Source: Candidatus Bathyarchaeota archaeon (GTDB lineage: Archaea; Thermoproteota; Bathyarchaeia; Bathyarchaeales; Bathycorpusculaceae). Taken from it: a stretch of DNA of 64,000 nt. Every line of letters starts with the position of its first letter. The stretch's first letter is position 1. The stretch lies in NCBI GenBank assembly GCA_963702095.1, contig OY969706.1, positions 2,048,001-2,112,000 of the forward strand, in the 5' to 3' direction. Positions 8,114 to 18,667 of the stretch are shown piece by piece. The notes under the pieces are model-generated. The model did not search any database. It was not told the DNA's origin and was given only the letters and a program-made list of their open reading frames with translations. Position numbers and translations under genes: made by a program.

Positions 8114-10948
8114 TTAGTGATAAGGCTTAAGGAAGCCTCTTTTCTCTTTAATGCTGGCTTGAGCCGCTGCTAACCGAGCCACGGGCACACGGTACGGGGA
8201 GCAACTAACATAATCAAGGTTAATTCGGTGGCAGAACTCAATCGACGAAGGTTCACCGCCGTGTTCTCCGCAGATGCCCACTTTGAGGTCAGGACGGGTC
8301 TTGCGTCCCCACTCAACAGCAATCGCCATGAGTCTGCCGACGCCTTTTACGTCGAGGATTTCAAAGGGGTTGTCTTGGAGTATTTTATGTTCGTTGTAGA
8401 AGGGCAGAAACTTGTTTTCAGCGTCTTCACGTGAGAAACTAAAGGTGGCTTGGGTTAAATCGTTAGTTCCGAAGCTGAAAAACGACGCGATTTCCGCCAG
8501 TTTACCCGCCCTCATGCAGGCACGCACCACCTCAATCATCGTGCCCACTGAGTAGGGGATGTTTATGTGGAGTTTGTCTTTGACCCGGCGTTCCACCCGC
8601 CGTATCATGCCGTAGACGCGGGTGAGCTCTTGACCGGTACAGACCTGCGGAATCATAATCTCCACTTTAACAGGGATGGTTTGCTTGATTAATTGACCCG
8701 CAGCCAACAAAACCGCTTCCACCTGCATCTCGTAGATTTCAGGGTAAGTAATGCCTAAACGGACACCACGGTGCCCCAGCATAGGATTGACTTCGCGCAG
8801 TGTACGGATTTTCTGAAGGGTTTCCATCTTCTTTTTGAGTTCAGCCACTTGAAGTTCCGCAAGGTTGGAGAGCACATGCTCGTTTTCAGTTAAAACTGGA
8901 GCAAGCGAGGGCTCGAGACTGCGAAGCATCTCTGGAAGCTGGCTTACGCTGCATAGGGCTTCTTGGCATTTTTCGAGGGTTTCAATTTCGCGTTCAATGG
9001 CTTCTTCAGAGGGCAGAAACTCATGCAGAGGCGGATCAAGCAGACGAATTGTAACGGGAAACCCCTCCATAACCCGCAAAATATCCTCGAAATCTTTTTC
9101 CTGAAGCGGCAACAGCTTCTGCAGGGCTTCCACCCGTTCCTCAACCGTATCGGCAAGTATCATATCCTGAAATAGCCCGATGCGGTCGGCAGCGTTGAAC
9201 ATACGTTCGGTTCGGCAGAGTCCAATTCCTTCAGCGCCAAACTTTAACGCGTGTTGTGCATCGACGGGTGTGTCGGCGTTTGCGCGGACCCCTAATCTGC
9301 GATACTCGTCAGCCCAATCAAGGATGGTGGTCATGTTATCGGAGATTTCGGGTTCCACCATGGGGATTTCTCCGAGCCACACTTTGCCAGAGGCGCCGTC
9401 GATGGTGATGATGGAGCCCTGAGTGATTCGGTTGGCGCCGACTTGAGCGGTTTTTTCGAATTGGTTAATTTTTATGTCGCCGGCGCCTGAAACGCATGGT
9501 TTGCCCATTCCACGAGCGACAACTGCGGCGTGACTGGTTTTGCCTCCGATAGAGGTCAAGATGCCCTCTGCAGCGAAGAAGCCATGGATATCTTCAGGCT
9601 TGGTTTGTTCACGGACAAGGATGACTTTTTTGCCTGCTTTTGCCTGCCGCTCCGCTTCGTCGGCGTCGAACACAACTTCGCCTGAAGCTGCGCCTGGAGA
9701 AGCACCCAAACCGGTGGCGACGGGGACAACTGTGTTTTCAGGGTCAATTTGGGAGTACATCAGCTGGGTAAGCTGGGCAGGGTTAAGCCTCAAAATTGCG
9801 TCTTCTTTGGTGATCAAGGCTTCGTTAACCATGTCGACGCTGGTTTTCATGCTTGCCGCCGCGTTCATTTTGGCGTTGCGGGTTTGCAGCATGTAGAGTT
9901 TGCCTTCTTGAATAGTAAACTCCATATCCTGCGGTTCATGGAAATGACGTTCCAATGTCAAGCGAACTTTATTGAGCGCATCATACGTTTCTGGCATGTT
10001 GTCCCGCATCTGTGCAATCGGCTTGGGCGTACGGATGCCAGCAACGATGTCTTCACCTTGCGCTTTGTCCAAGTAATCGCCGAACAACACGTTTTCGCCT
10101 GTGCCCGGGTCCCGTGTGAACGCCACGCCAGTAGCTGAGTTGGAGCCTAAGTTGCCAAAAACCATGGTTTGCACGTTGGCTGCGGTGCCGTTGGCAATTT
10201 TCGACGTAATCTTGAATTCACGACGGTAGTCTATAGCGCGTTTCCCGTTCCAAGAGGCAAAAACAGCTTCTATAGCCAAAAACAGCTGCTGGTAAGGGTC
10301 CTGTGGAGCGGGTTTGCCCGTGCGTTCCTGAATGATATGTTTAAAAATGCTGACTAGTTCCTGCATATCCTGAGTGGTTAATTCAAGGTCTAATTCGACT
10401 TTGCGGTCCTCTTTGAGCTTCTCCATGGCAACGTGGAATTCTTCATCGGGAATACTAAGAACGATATTACCGAATAAGGATAGGAAACGGCGGTAGCTAT
10501 CCCAGCCGAAACGTTCATCGCCACTGCGTTTGATAAGTCCCTCCACGGTTCGGTCGTTTATGCCTAAATTAAGCACGGTATCCATCATACCGGGCATTGA
10601 GATTGCGGCGCCGCTACGCACTGAAACAAGAAGGGGCTTATCGGGGTCTCCGAAACCGAGGTTCATGGCTTTCTCCACTTCCGCCATGGCGGCTTCCACT
10701 TGGTCGATTAAGCCTTCAGGAAAATGGAAACTGTTTTCAAAGTATTCCAGACAAGCCTGCGTCGTAATAACGAAACCTGATGGAACAGGCAACCCTATCT
10801 GGGTCATCTCGCAAAGACCAGCGCCTTTGCCGCCTAAGAGTTTTTTGTCTTTTCCGTTTCCTTCTTCAAACCTGTAAACGTATTTTTGAGCTGCCGTGCT
10901 TTTGGGTTCGTGTGTTTTGGCATAGCTTTGGCTGGTTTGTTCTATCAA
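8114..10948 (-). CDS. ppdK: Pyruvate, phosphate dikinase
   Basis: LLGGKGA, SVRSGAAISMPGMMDTVLNLG, GGKTSHAAVVARG (catalytic His), GICGEHGG. Confidence 0.97.
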   Translation of the reverse strand: MIEQTSQSYAKTHEPKSTAAQKYVYRFEEGNGKDKKLLGGKGAGLCEMTQIGLPVPSGFVITTQACLEYFENSFHFPEGLIDQVEAAMAEVEKAMNLGFGDPDKPLLVSVRSGAAISMPGMMDTVLNLGINDRTVEGLIKRSGDERFGWDSYRRFLSLFGNIVLSIPDEEFHVAMEKLKEDRKVELDLELTTQDMQELVSIFKHIIQERTGKPAPQDPYQQLFLAIEAVFASWNGKRAIDYRREFKITSKIANGTAANVQTMVFGNLGSNSATGVAFTRDPGTGENVLFGDYLDKAQGEDIVAGIRTPKPIAQMRDNMPETYDALNKVRLTLERHFHEPQDMEFTIQEGKLYMLQTRNAKMNAAASMKTSVDMVNEALITKEDAILRLNPAQLTQLMYSQIDPENTVVPVATGLGASPGAASGEVVFDADEAERQAKAGKKVILVREQTKPEDIHGFFAAEGILTSIGGKTSHAAVVARGMGKPCVSGAGDIKINQFEKTAQVGANRITQGSIITIDGASGKVWLGEIPMVEPEISDNMTTILDWADEYRRLGVRANADTPVDAQHALKFGAEGIGLCRTERMFNAADRIGLFQDMILADTVEERVEALQKLLPLQEKDFEDILRVMEGFPVTIRLLDPPLHEFLPSEEAIEREIETLEKCQEALCSVSQLPEMLRSLEPSLAPVLTENEHVLSNLAELQVAELKKKMETLQKIRTLREVNPMLGHRGVRLGITYPEIYEMQVEAVLLAAGQLIKQTIPVKVEIMIPQVCTGQELTRVYGMIRRVERRVKDKLHINIPYSVGTMIEVVRACMRAGKLAEIASFFSFGTNDLTQATFSFSREDAENKFLPFYNEHKILQDNPFEILDVKGVGRLMAIAVEWGRKTRPDLKVGICGEHGGEPSSIEFCHRINLDYVSCSPYRVPVARLAAAQASIKEKRGFLKPYH

Positions 10949-11184
10949 AAATATTCCTCACGTTAGCGAGGGGGAGTTGTAAAATAAATGTATGTGGTTG
11001 TAGGTGTAAGCCAACATAAAGAGCTTGATGGTTTTGCTTCAGGATGTAAGGGAGAACGTATAAACAAAAAATTGTGTGAGGCAAAATCCTAAAAAACAAG
11101 TTTTTTCTTATTTACTAAGGCAACATTCAATGTAATTTTGGGTTAACTTCGGCAGAGGTTTAATCGCTAACAATAGGTGATTTA

Positions 11185-11628
11185 ATGGTTTTAGCTCAGG
11201 CAGATGTAATCTCAAGCATCAGGGAGCACCTCCAAAAAAGAGGATTCAAAGTCTCTCATTCCATCGACAAAGACTCCATCGAATTCTATGCGGAAAAAAA
11301 CCGTGAAAAATTCGTAATAGAAGGGATATGGGAGACTGAACCGCCGAACCCAAAAAAAATCACCTATGCACTTGGCAAAATTGTAAAGCGAATGAAAGAG
11401 CGGGGATTCTGGATTTATTATGGAATCGCCATGCCGAAAAGCTACTTCAGGCTCCTAAGCGAGTTTGAGGTAACTGGATTTGAGACGTTGGGGCTTCATT
11501 TGTTTTTGGTGGAAAGTTTCTATGAAGTGTCACATCTTGACCCCAAGATGGCTATTGAACTAATTGAGGATGTTAAAACTGGCAACATAACCGATGAATA
11601 TGTTTGGAGCATCAATTATGGATTGTAG
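11185..11628 (+). CDS. Hypothetical protein, possible degenerate PD-(D/E)XK fold
   Basis: HLQKRGFKV...IEFYAEK...FVIEG pattern resembles restriction-endonuclease-like proteins but lacks the ExK lysine. Confidence 0.55.
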   Translation: MVLAQADVISSIREHLQKRGFKVSHSIDKDSIEFYAEKNREKFVIEGIWETEPPNPKKITYALGKIVKRMKERGFWIYYGIAMPKSYFRLLSEFEVTGFETLGLHLFLVESFYEVSHLDPKMAIELIEDVKTGNITDEYVWSINYGL

Positions 11629-11772
11629 ATAGCGCAGTTTTTGCGGAATTGCCTAGGAGCAACTCGATAAGAGCCGCTGACAAAAATTTTAACAAGAGTT
11701 TACACTTCGATTTGGGAAAATGCTTTAAAGCAATCCCATCAACCTAAGGGGCTAAGCGGGTAATCCCTCGGC

Positions 11773-12687
11773 ATGGCAGAACAAAAAGAGAAGAAAGAAA
11801 AAAAGAAAACAGCATTCGATTACCACTCGTCGCGGTTTTTTGCGCTAGTATTCCCCGCCATCTACTTAGCCGCCATAGCCGTCTTCAGTTTAATCTACCA
11901 CATTATCCCCGGACCTGAACTGATTATCTTGGCGTTTCTGATCTACGCAGCCTACAACAAAACCACTTGGCGGTTCCTCAAAGACTGGCTGCCCTTCATC
12001 ACGGTGTTTGTTTCCTACGAAATCCTCTATGGCTTCGTCGGCAGCGTCGCCGCAAACAATCTCCACAGCGGACCCTACAACCTTGAATTAGGCTTGTTTG
12101 GGCAACTGCCAAGCATTACCCTGCAGCAAACCATACGTTTGCCCACACTGGATTATCTGGGCGCCTTCTTCTACTCCCTGCACTTCTTTGCCCCCACCAT
12201 CTTCGCCTTCATCCTCTGGAAGGTGAGCCCAAAAAACTACTGGAAATACACTGTGGCTTTCGGCGTACTCACATATGCTGCTTTGATAACTTTCCTGTTT
12301 TATCCTGTGGCGCCGCCTTGGATTGAAGTCCCAGGAAGCGTTAGCCGCATACTAACTAGTTCAGTAGACCACAGTTTAGGCATTCCAGTTTACAAGACAC
12401 TCTTTGACTTCCTCAGCCCAGACCTATACGCTGCCTTCCCCAGCATGCACTCGGCACTGCCCCTGCTGATTTCGCTCTTCTCCATCAAAATCTGGAGAAA
12501 AAAAGCCCTGCCGATACTCATTTTCCCCGTAGGCGTATGGTTTAGTGCAGTTTACCTCGGCGAACACTACATCGTGGATGTGTTGGGCGGAATCGCTTAT
12601 GCGGTCGTCGCCTTTGTTGCGGTCGAGAAGTTGTTGCCTCTGATTTCAAGCCGAAGCAGTTTCCTAAAGAAGCACCTGCCAATCTAA
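11773..12687 (+). CDS. PAP2-superfamily membrane phosphoesterase (Aur1/IPC-synthase-like)
   Basis: PVAPPW, AAFPSMH and YLGEHYIVDV motifs; multiple TM helices. Confidence 0.88.
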   Translation: MAEQKEKKEKKKTAFDYHSSRFFALVFPAIYLAAIAVFSLIYHIIPGPELIILAFLIYAAYNKTTWRFLKDWLPFITVFVSYEILYGFVGSVAANNLHSGPYNLELGLFGQLPSITLQQTIRLPTLDYLGAFFYSLHFFAPTIFAFILWKVSPKNYWKYTVAFGVLTYAALITFLFYPVAPPWIEVPGSVSRILTSSVDHSLGIPVYKTLFDFLSPDLYAAFPSMHSALPLLISLFSIKIWRKKALPILIFPVGVWFSAVYLGEHYIVDVLGGIAYAVVAFVAVEKLLPLISSRSSFLKKHLPI

Positions 12688-12814
12688 AAGTGCTAGCGGC
12701 ATTTCTTTGACCAAGGATAGAGATTATTCCCAAGAAAAAGGGGAACCAACCCTAGCTCCGTTTAATTCAATGATAATAAAAAAGTTTGCAGTTGAAGGTA
12801 TGTTGCTTGGCTAA

Positions 12815-13395
<581 letters not shown>

Positions 13396-13405
13396 AACAA
13401 TCCCT

Positions 13406-13858
13406 TTACTTAACGATTAATACGGGACAGAGAGAATACTCAATTACTCTTTCTGCAACGCTGCCTAAAAGAATTCTCTCTGCACCACGGCGGCCATACG
13501 TTCCCATCACAATCAAATCCACTTCCAAACCCTTAGCGAACCCCGTGATCTGCTCAAACGGCCTACCCTTTGCAACAATGGAGGAGACTTTAACATTTTC
13601 TTTCTCTGCGAGACCGACAACATAGTTTACGTTGCGTTGGCCGTCAGCTTTGAGTTCACCTTCGATGTCTGCTTGCTCGATGGACTGAGAAAACTTTTCG
13701 ACAATCAATTCGTCCACGACGTAGAGGACTATGATTTCGGCGTTGTGGGTTTTTGCGATGCTTATGGCATACTCTGCCGCGCGGATGCTGTAGCCTGAAC
13801 CGTCGGTGGGAACAAGTATTTTCTGGATTGTTTGAGAACTAAACTTTTTCAATCTCAC
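13406..13858 (-). CDS. Universal stress protein (UspA family)
   Basis: KILVPTDGS; DLIVMGTYGRRG...LLGSVAERV. Confidence 0.95.
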   Translation of the reverse strand: MRLKKFSSQTIQKILVPTDGSGYSIRAAEYAISIAKTHNAEIIVLYVVDELIVEKFSQSIEQADIEGELKADGQRNVNYVVGLAEKENVKVSSIVAKGRPFEQITGFAKGLEVDLIVMGTYGRRGAERILLGSVAERVIEYSLCPVLIVK

Positions 13859-14493
13859 AATCTCCTTCTATGGCCGCTAATCATCGATTTAATCCTTTTA
13901 GTGCGGACGAATTCTTCGCGTTCCTTCTCCTCCAAAACCAACTCGATCCACTTAGCGGTGCTGCGGTATCTTGGAATCAACACGTGGTTGAGGGCGTTGA
14001 CTCTGCGCTGGGTTCGGCGGACATCGTTTGCAATCTGGAAAGTGGTGCCTTCAGCTTGGGCTAAATGCGACAGTATTTTGATGACTTTGTAGAAGTGTTT
14101 GAAGGCGCGGTCGAGTTCAACGTTGGTGTTTGCGAAGCCGTAGTCGGGTTTAACGTCGGTTTCGCCTTGGAAGGTTACAAGGGGAACAGTGACGCCCATG
14201 ATGCTGCGGAAATCTTCAAGGTACTCAGCCTTGTTGGTGGAGCCTAACGCGACGTTAGCTATGGTTTCTGAGCCTTTAGCTATGCTGGCTTCGCGCAGAC
14301 TCACATAGGCTTTACGTAGCTCCTCTGAGAGGTCAGCGCGTGTTCGCTCTGCATCGTAGATGCTGTTGCGGAGTTCACGGAGGAGTATGTCGCGTTTGCG
14401 TTCCAGCACTTCCCGTCCAGACTCCGCGAGTTTAAGCGTTTTTTTGGTTTGTATAAGGTTGATTCTGGTGGGGCTGATGTTTTCCTGCGACAT
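13855..14493 (-). CDS. atpD: A/V-type ATP synthase subunit D
   Basis: PTRINL; TQRRVNALNHVLIP; LEEKEREEF. Confidence 0.96.
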   Translation of the reverse strand: MSQENISPTRINLIQTKKTLKLAESGREVLERKRDILLRELRNSIYDAERTRADLSEELRKAYVSLREASIAKGSETIANVALGSTNKAEYLEDFRSIMGVTVPLVTFQGETDVKPDYGFANTNVELDRAFKHFYKVIKILSHLAQAEGTTFQIANDVRRTQRRVNALNHVLIPRYRSTAKWIELVLEEKEREEFVRTKRIKSMISGHRRRL

Positions 14494-14496
14494 CTT

Positions 14497-15894
14497 CTAT
14501 GTTGCCTCAGCATCAGTTTTGGGACAATACTTCTGAATATACTCTGGTTTTATGCTTGTTAACTCTTCTTCCGGCAAATCGGAGAGTGCATCCCAGGCGA
14601 TAGAGAGGGTTTGCTCGATGGTTCGGTTCTCGTTTTTGCCCTGGTTGATGAGGGTTTTCTCGAAGAATTCGCCGAAACGGAGGTACTCTTTGTCTCTGCT
14701 GCCTAAGCCTTCCTCGCCGATGATTGTAACCAAGGATTTAACCGAGTTGTACTGGGCATAGGCGGCATAGAGTTGGGCGGCTACGTTGGCGTGGTCTTCT
14801 CGGGTGCTGCCTGCGCCGATGCCGTCTTTCATCAGTCTGGAAAGGCTGGTTGAAATGTAGATCGGCGGGTAAATGCCCTGTTTTTCGAGACTGCGGCTAA
14901 GCACAATTTGTCCTTCAGTGATGTAGCCTGTTAAGTCGGGGATGGGGTGGGTGATATCGTCGTTTGGCATAGTTAAGATAGGCATCTGGGTGATACTGCC
15001 TTTCTTGCCTGTAATCCTGCCTGCCCGTTCATAGATGCTGGCTAAGTCACTGTACATGTAGCCGGGGTAGCCTTTGCGGCTTGGCACTTCCTCCATAGCT
15101 GAACTGACTTCCCTTAGCGCCTCACAGTAGTTAGTCATATCCGTCATAACAACGAGCACGTGGGAGTCTTGGTCAAAGGCAAGGTACTCCGCCAAAGTCA
15201 AGCCAGCACGCGGCGTAATGATACGTTCAACCGGGGGGTCTTCAGCAAGATTGAGGAACATGGCAACGTTTTTGATGGCACCTGTTTCTTCAAAGCTCTT
15301 CTGGAAGAAAGCCGCGTCGTCGTGTTCGAGTCCCATGGCGATGAAGACGATGTTGAAGGGTTCGTTGGCGCTGCGGATTTGTGCTTGGCGGACGATTTGA
15401 GCGGCTAATTCGTTGTGGCTCAATCCTGGACCAGAGAACACTGGAAGTTTCTGTCCGCGGACTAGGCTGGTTAAGCCGTCGATGGCGGATATGCCGGTTT
15501 GGATGAAGTCTTTGGGGTAAGCGCGTGCAGTTGGGTTAAGTGGGAACCCGTTGACGTCGCGTTTTTCTTCGCTGAAGAAGCGTGGGTGACCGTCGATGGG
15601 TTCGCCGAAGCTGTTCATGACTCGCCCCAGCATTTCCGTGGACACCGGCACTTCTAGGGGTCTGTTGAGGAAGCGGGTGCGTGTCGCCGAAAGGGACAAT
15701 CCTGTGGTGCCTTCGAAAACCTGCACTGTAACGGCTTTCTGGGTTACTTGGATGACTTTGCCGAGGCGGGTTTCGCCGGTTTGGGTTTTGACTGCGACCA
15801 ATTCGTCGTAGCCGACTTGCTTAACGTTCTCGACTACTATGATTGGTCCTGAAATTGAAGCTACGCCTTTATACTCAAGTCCTGTTCCTGCCAT
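14497..15894 (-). CDS. atpB: A/V-type ATP synthase subunit B
   Basis: [12 protein letters not shown]; [18 protein letters not shown]; [13 protein letters not shown]. Confidence 0.98.
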   Translation of the reverse strand: MAGTGLEYKGVASISGPIIVVENVKQVGYDELVAVKTQTGETRLGKVIQVTQKAVTVQVFEGTTGLSLSATRTRFLNRPLEVPVSTEMLGRVMNSFGEPIDGHPRFFSEEKRDVNGFPLNPTARAYPKDFIQTGISAIDGLTSLVRGQKLPVFSGPGLSHNELAAQIVRQAQIRSANEPFNIVFIAMGLEHDDAAFFQKSFEETGAIKNVAMFLNLAEDPPVERIITPRAGLTLAEYLAFDQDSHVLVVMTDMTNYCEALREVSSAMEEVPSRKGYPGYMYSDLASIYERAGRITGKKGSITQMPILTMPNDDITHPIPDLTGYITEGQIVLSRSLEKQGIYPPIYISTSLSRLMKDGIGAGSTREDHANVAAQLYAAYAQYNSVKSLVTIIGEEGLGSRDKEYLRFGEFFEKTLINQGKNENRTIEQTLSIAWDALSDLPEEELTSIKPEYIQKYCPKTDAEAT

Positions 15895-15900
15895 AGGGAT

Positions 15901-17670
15901 CTACCTCAAAGTTGCCTCCAACACAACAAAATTCTCATTCATACGCGTCTCTAAATCATCCAGTTTCCCCACTTGGTCGTTGGGAATCTGGTTTTTCATA
16001 CGCATAATTTCTTCTACAACCGTTAACTCTGTTACTTTGAATATGGGTGCGCCTTTACTCACTACGTCTTCGGCGAGACGGTGGAAGTCCACGATGATTT
16101 TTAGCATCTTGAACTGTTTTTGGGGGCTGCAGTAGGTGTCGATGGGGTCAAGCGCGTTTTGCTGCAGAAAAGCGATGCGGATGATGCGGGCGGTTTCCAA
16201 GAGTAGGCGCTGTTTGTCGGGGAGTGCTTCGGGACCCACAAGTTTAACGATGTTTTTGAGTTCATCTTCGGCTTGCAAGATGCGCATGGCTTCTTCGCGG
16301 TAACTGTTCCATTTACTATCGATGTTATCGTGCCACCAGCCGGCGAGGTCAACGATGTAGCCACTGTAACTTTGCATCCAGTTAATGGAGGGGTAGTGGC
16401 GTGCGTCTGCAAGTTCAGCGTCAAGCGCCCAGAACACTCGGGTGAAACGTTTAGTGTGCTGTGTAACTGGCTCTGAGAAGTCTCCGCCTGGAGGCGAAAC
16501 CGCTCCGATGGCACAGATTGAGCCGACGCGGTTGCCGCTGCCCAATGTTTGGACGACACCTGTGCGTTCATAGAACTCAGCGAGGCGCGAAGGCAAATAG
16601 CTTGGGAAACCTTCTTCAGCGGGCATTTCTTCGAGTCTGCCTGAAACTTCACGGAGCGCTTCTGCCCATCTGCTGGTTGAGTCAGCCATCAACGCCACGG
16701 CGTAGCCCATGTCGCGGTAGTATTCTGCGATGGCTATTCCTGTGTAGATGCTGGCTTCGCGGGCGGACACTGGCATGTTGCTTGTGTTGGCGATGAGGAT
16801 TGTGCGTTCCATTAGTGGGTGACCTGTGGTGGGGTCGATGAGTTTGGGGAAGCTGTCGAGCACATCGACCATTTCGTTACCGCGTTCTCCACAGCCCACG
16901 TAGATTACTATGTTGGCGTCTGACCATTTCGCGAGTTGTTGTTGAGTAACGGTTTTGCCTGCGCCGAAGGGTCCGGGGATAGAGGCGCTTCCGCCTTTGG
17001 CGATGGGGAAGAATGTGTCGATGACACGTTGCCCCGTAATTAGAGGACTGAATGCGAAGAGGCGTTTGATGTGGGGACGGGGGCTTCGGACTGGCCATTG
17101 TTGGAGCATGGCAACTTCGGTTTTCGCGCCGTTGTTATCCAAAGTGGCGATGGAGTCTGTGATTGTATATTCGCCCTGTGACACAATTTTCTTTACTGTG
17201 CCCTGTACACCTATGGGAACCATAACACGGTGCTCAACCAAGTCGGATTCTTGAACTGTACCCAAAATGTCGCCGCCGACCACTTTTTCGCCGATTTGAG
17301 CTTTGGGTGTAAACATCCATTTTTTTGTTCTGGAGAGCGCCGTGACTCCTTTGACTTGTTTGATGAATGGGCCGGTGAGTTCTTTTAGTGTTTCTAGCGG
17401 CCTCTGTATGCCGTCGAAAGTGTTGCCCACTAAGCCCGGTCCCAACTCAACTGAGAGGGGGCTGCCTGTGCCTACGACGGGTTCGTCGAGTTTTAAGCCG
17501 GTGGTGTTCTGGTAAACTTGGATAGTGGCGAATTCGCCTTCTAAACGGATGATTTCGCCGATTAAGCCGTCATGTCCCACTTCGACCATTTCATGCATAA
17601 CCGCGTCTGACATGCCTTTGGCTTCCACGACGGGTCCTGCAACACGTATAACGCTGCCTTCAACAGTCAT
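15901..17670 (-). CDS. atpA: A/V-type ATP synthase subunit A
   Basis: GPFGAGKT Walker A; GCGERGNEM; no intein. Confidence 0.98.
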   Translation of the reverse strand: MTVEGSVIRVAGPVVEAKGMSDAVMHEMVEVGHDGLIGEIIRLEGEFATIQVYQNTTGLKLDEPVVGTGSPLSVELGPGLVGNTFDGIQRPLETLKELTGPFIKQVKGVTALSRTKKWMFTPKAQIGEKVVGGDILGTVQESDLVEHRVMVPIGVQGTVKKIVSQGEYTITDSIATLDNNGAKTEVAMLQQWPVRSPRPHIKRLFAFSPLITGQRVIDTFFPIAKGGSASIPGPFGAGKTVTQQQLAKWSDANIVIYVGCGERGNEMVDVLDSFPKLIDPTTGHPLMERTILIANTSNMPVSAREASIYTGIAIAEYYRDMGYAVALMADSTSRWAEALREVSGRLEEMPAEEGFPSYLPSRLAEFYERTGVVQTLGSGNRVGSICAIGAVSPPGGDFSEPVTQHTKRFTRVFWALDAELADARHYPSINWMQSYSGYIVDLAGWWHDNIDSKWNSYREEAMRILQAEDELKNIVKLVGPEALPDKQRLLLETARIIRIAFLQQNALDPIDTYCSPQKQFKMLKIIVDFHRLAEDVVSKGAPIFKVTELTVVEEIMRMKNQIPNDQVGKLDDLETRMNENFVVLEATLR

Positions 17671-18290
17671 TGCGGGGTCTCTCCAAAGAGTTGTTTAGCT
17701 ACTTGTACACGCAGTTGAGGTTTAAGTTCCTCTAGGCGGTTATCGAGAGTGGCGTCGTAGATTATTTTGCCGTCGCCGCTTTGGATTTTGCATCCGCCAA
17801 TGTAGTCTTCAGTTTTCTCAGAAAGTTGAAGGTCACTGTGGATTTTCTCGGAGGTTTTTTCGAGCATATCTTGGGTTAACCAACCTTTATCTTTGGCGTT
17901 AACTTGAACAATGAGGTTTTTTTGCCCCATCTTTTTAGCAGTGTCCTCTATGAGGGTGAGGAGATAGTCATTGTATTCGCTGCTTTGGGCAAAATTCTTG
18001 AGTTTCTCCGTCGCCTTCTCAAAAGCTGCATCCACCAAATCCTCTTTTGCTTGAAGCAGGCGGTTTCGCACTTCAACCTCTGCAACCGAAGCGATTTTAC
18101 GTTTCTCTGCCTCAGCTCTATGTTTAGCTTGAACAATTATTGCACGGTAGTTTTCTTTCGCTTTTTCGTTAGCGACTTTCAAGCTTTCTTTAGCTTGGTT
18201 TTCAGCAGCCAAGATGAGTGTTTCAGCTTCTTTCTGCACGTCGCCGATGACTTCGTTGGCAATCCCGGATATTCCAGTTTTAACAGTCAT
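17667..18290 (-). CDS. atpE: A/V-type ATP synthase subunit E
   Basis: N-terminal coiled coil; IGGCKIQSGDGKIIYDATLDNRL; operon position. Confidence 0.9.
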   Translation of the reverse strand: MTVKTGISGIANEVIGDVQKEAETLILAAENQAKESLKVANEKAKENYRAIIVQAKHRAEAEKRKIASVAEVEVRNRLLQAKEDLVDAAFEKATEKLKNFAQSSEYNDYLLTLIEDTAKKMGQKNLIVQVNAKDKGWLTQDMLEKTSEKIHSDLQLSEKTEDYIGGCKIQSGDGKIIYDATLDNRLEELKPQLRVQVAKQLFGETPQ

Positions 18291-18300
18291 AAATTCCACT

Positions 18301-18610
18301 CTACATCTTTATGCCCAATATTTTACTGATGGTATCGGAGAGTTTCACTTCTGTTTGGGGACCTTTACTGCCAGGGCAACTCGACGATTAAGGGGGTTAC
18401 GCGTTCCTGGCGGATCCTGTCGATTTGATCACGGATGGCGGGGTCCCTGGAGAAGGCTTCGCTGATGATAATTATAACTATGTCGCTGCGTGCAAGGGCT
18501 TTGTCTAAGGCGTGCCTTACTTCATCAAGGGAGTTAGCTTCTGCGCCTTCGAGCCCGATGAGCTTAAAGCCAGTGAGCATGTCACTATCCCCGATTACAT
18601 AGCCAATCAT
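18301..18610 (-). CDS. atpF: A/V-type ATP synthase subunit F (apparent +1 frameshift near 18374)
   Basis: VIGDSDMLTGFKLIG; removing one C restores ELPGSKGPQTEVKLSDTISKILGIKM*. Confidence 0.9.
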
Positions 18611-18667
18611 GCACTCACCTAATATAACTTTAAATGCTTGTTAGCAAATTCAAAATTACTGTTAAAA

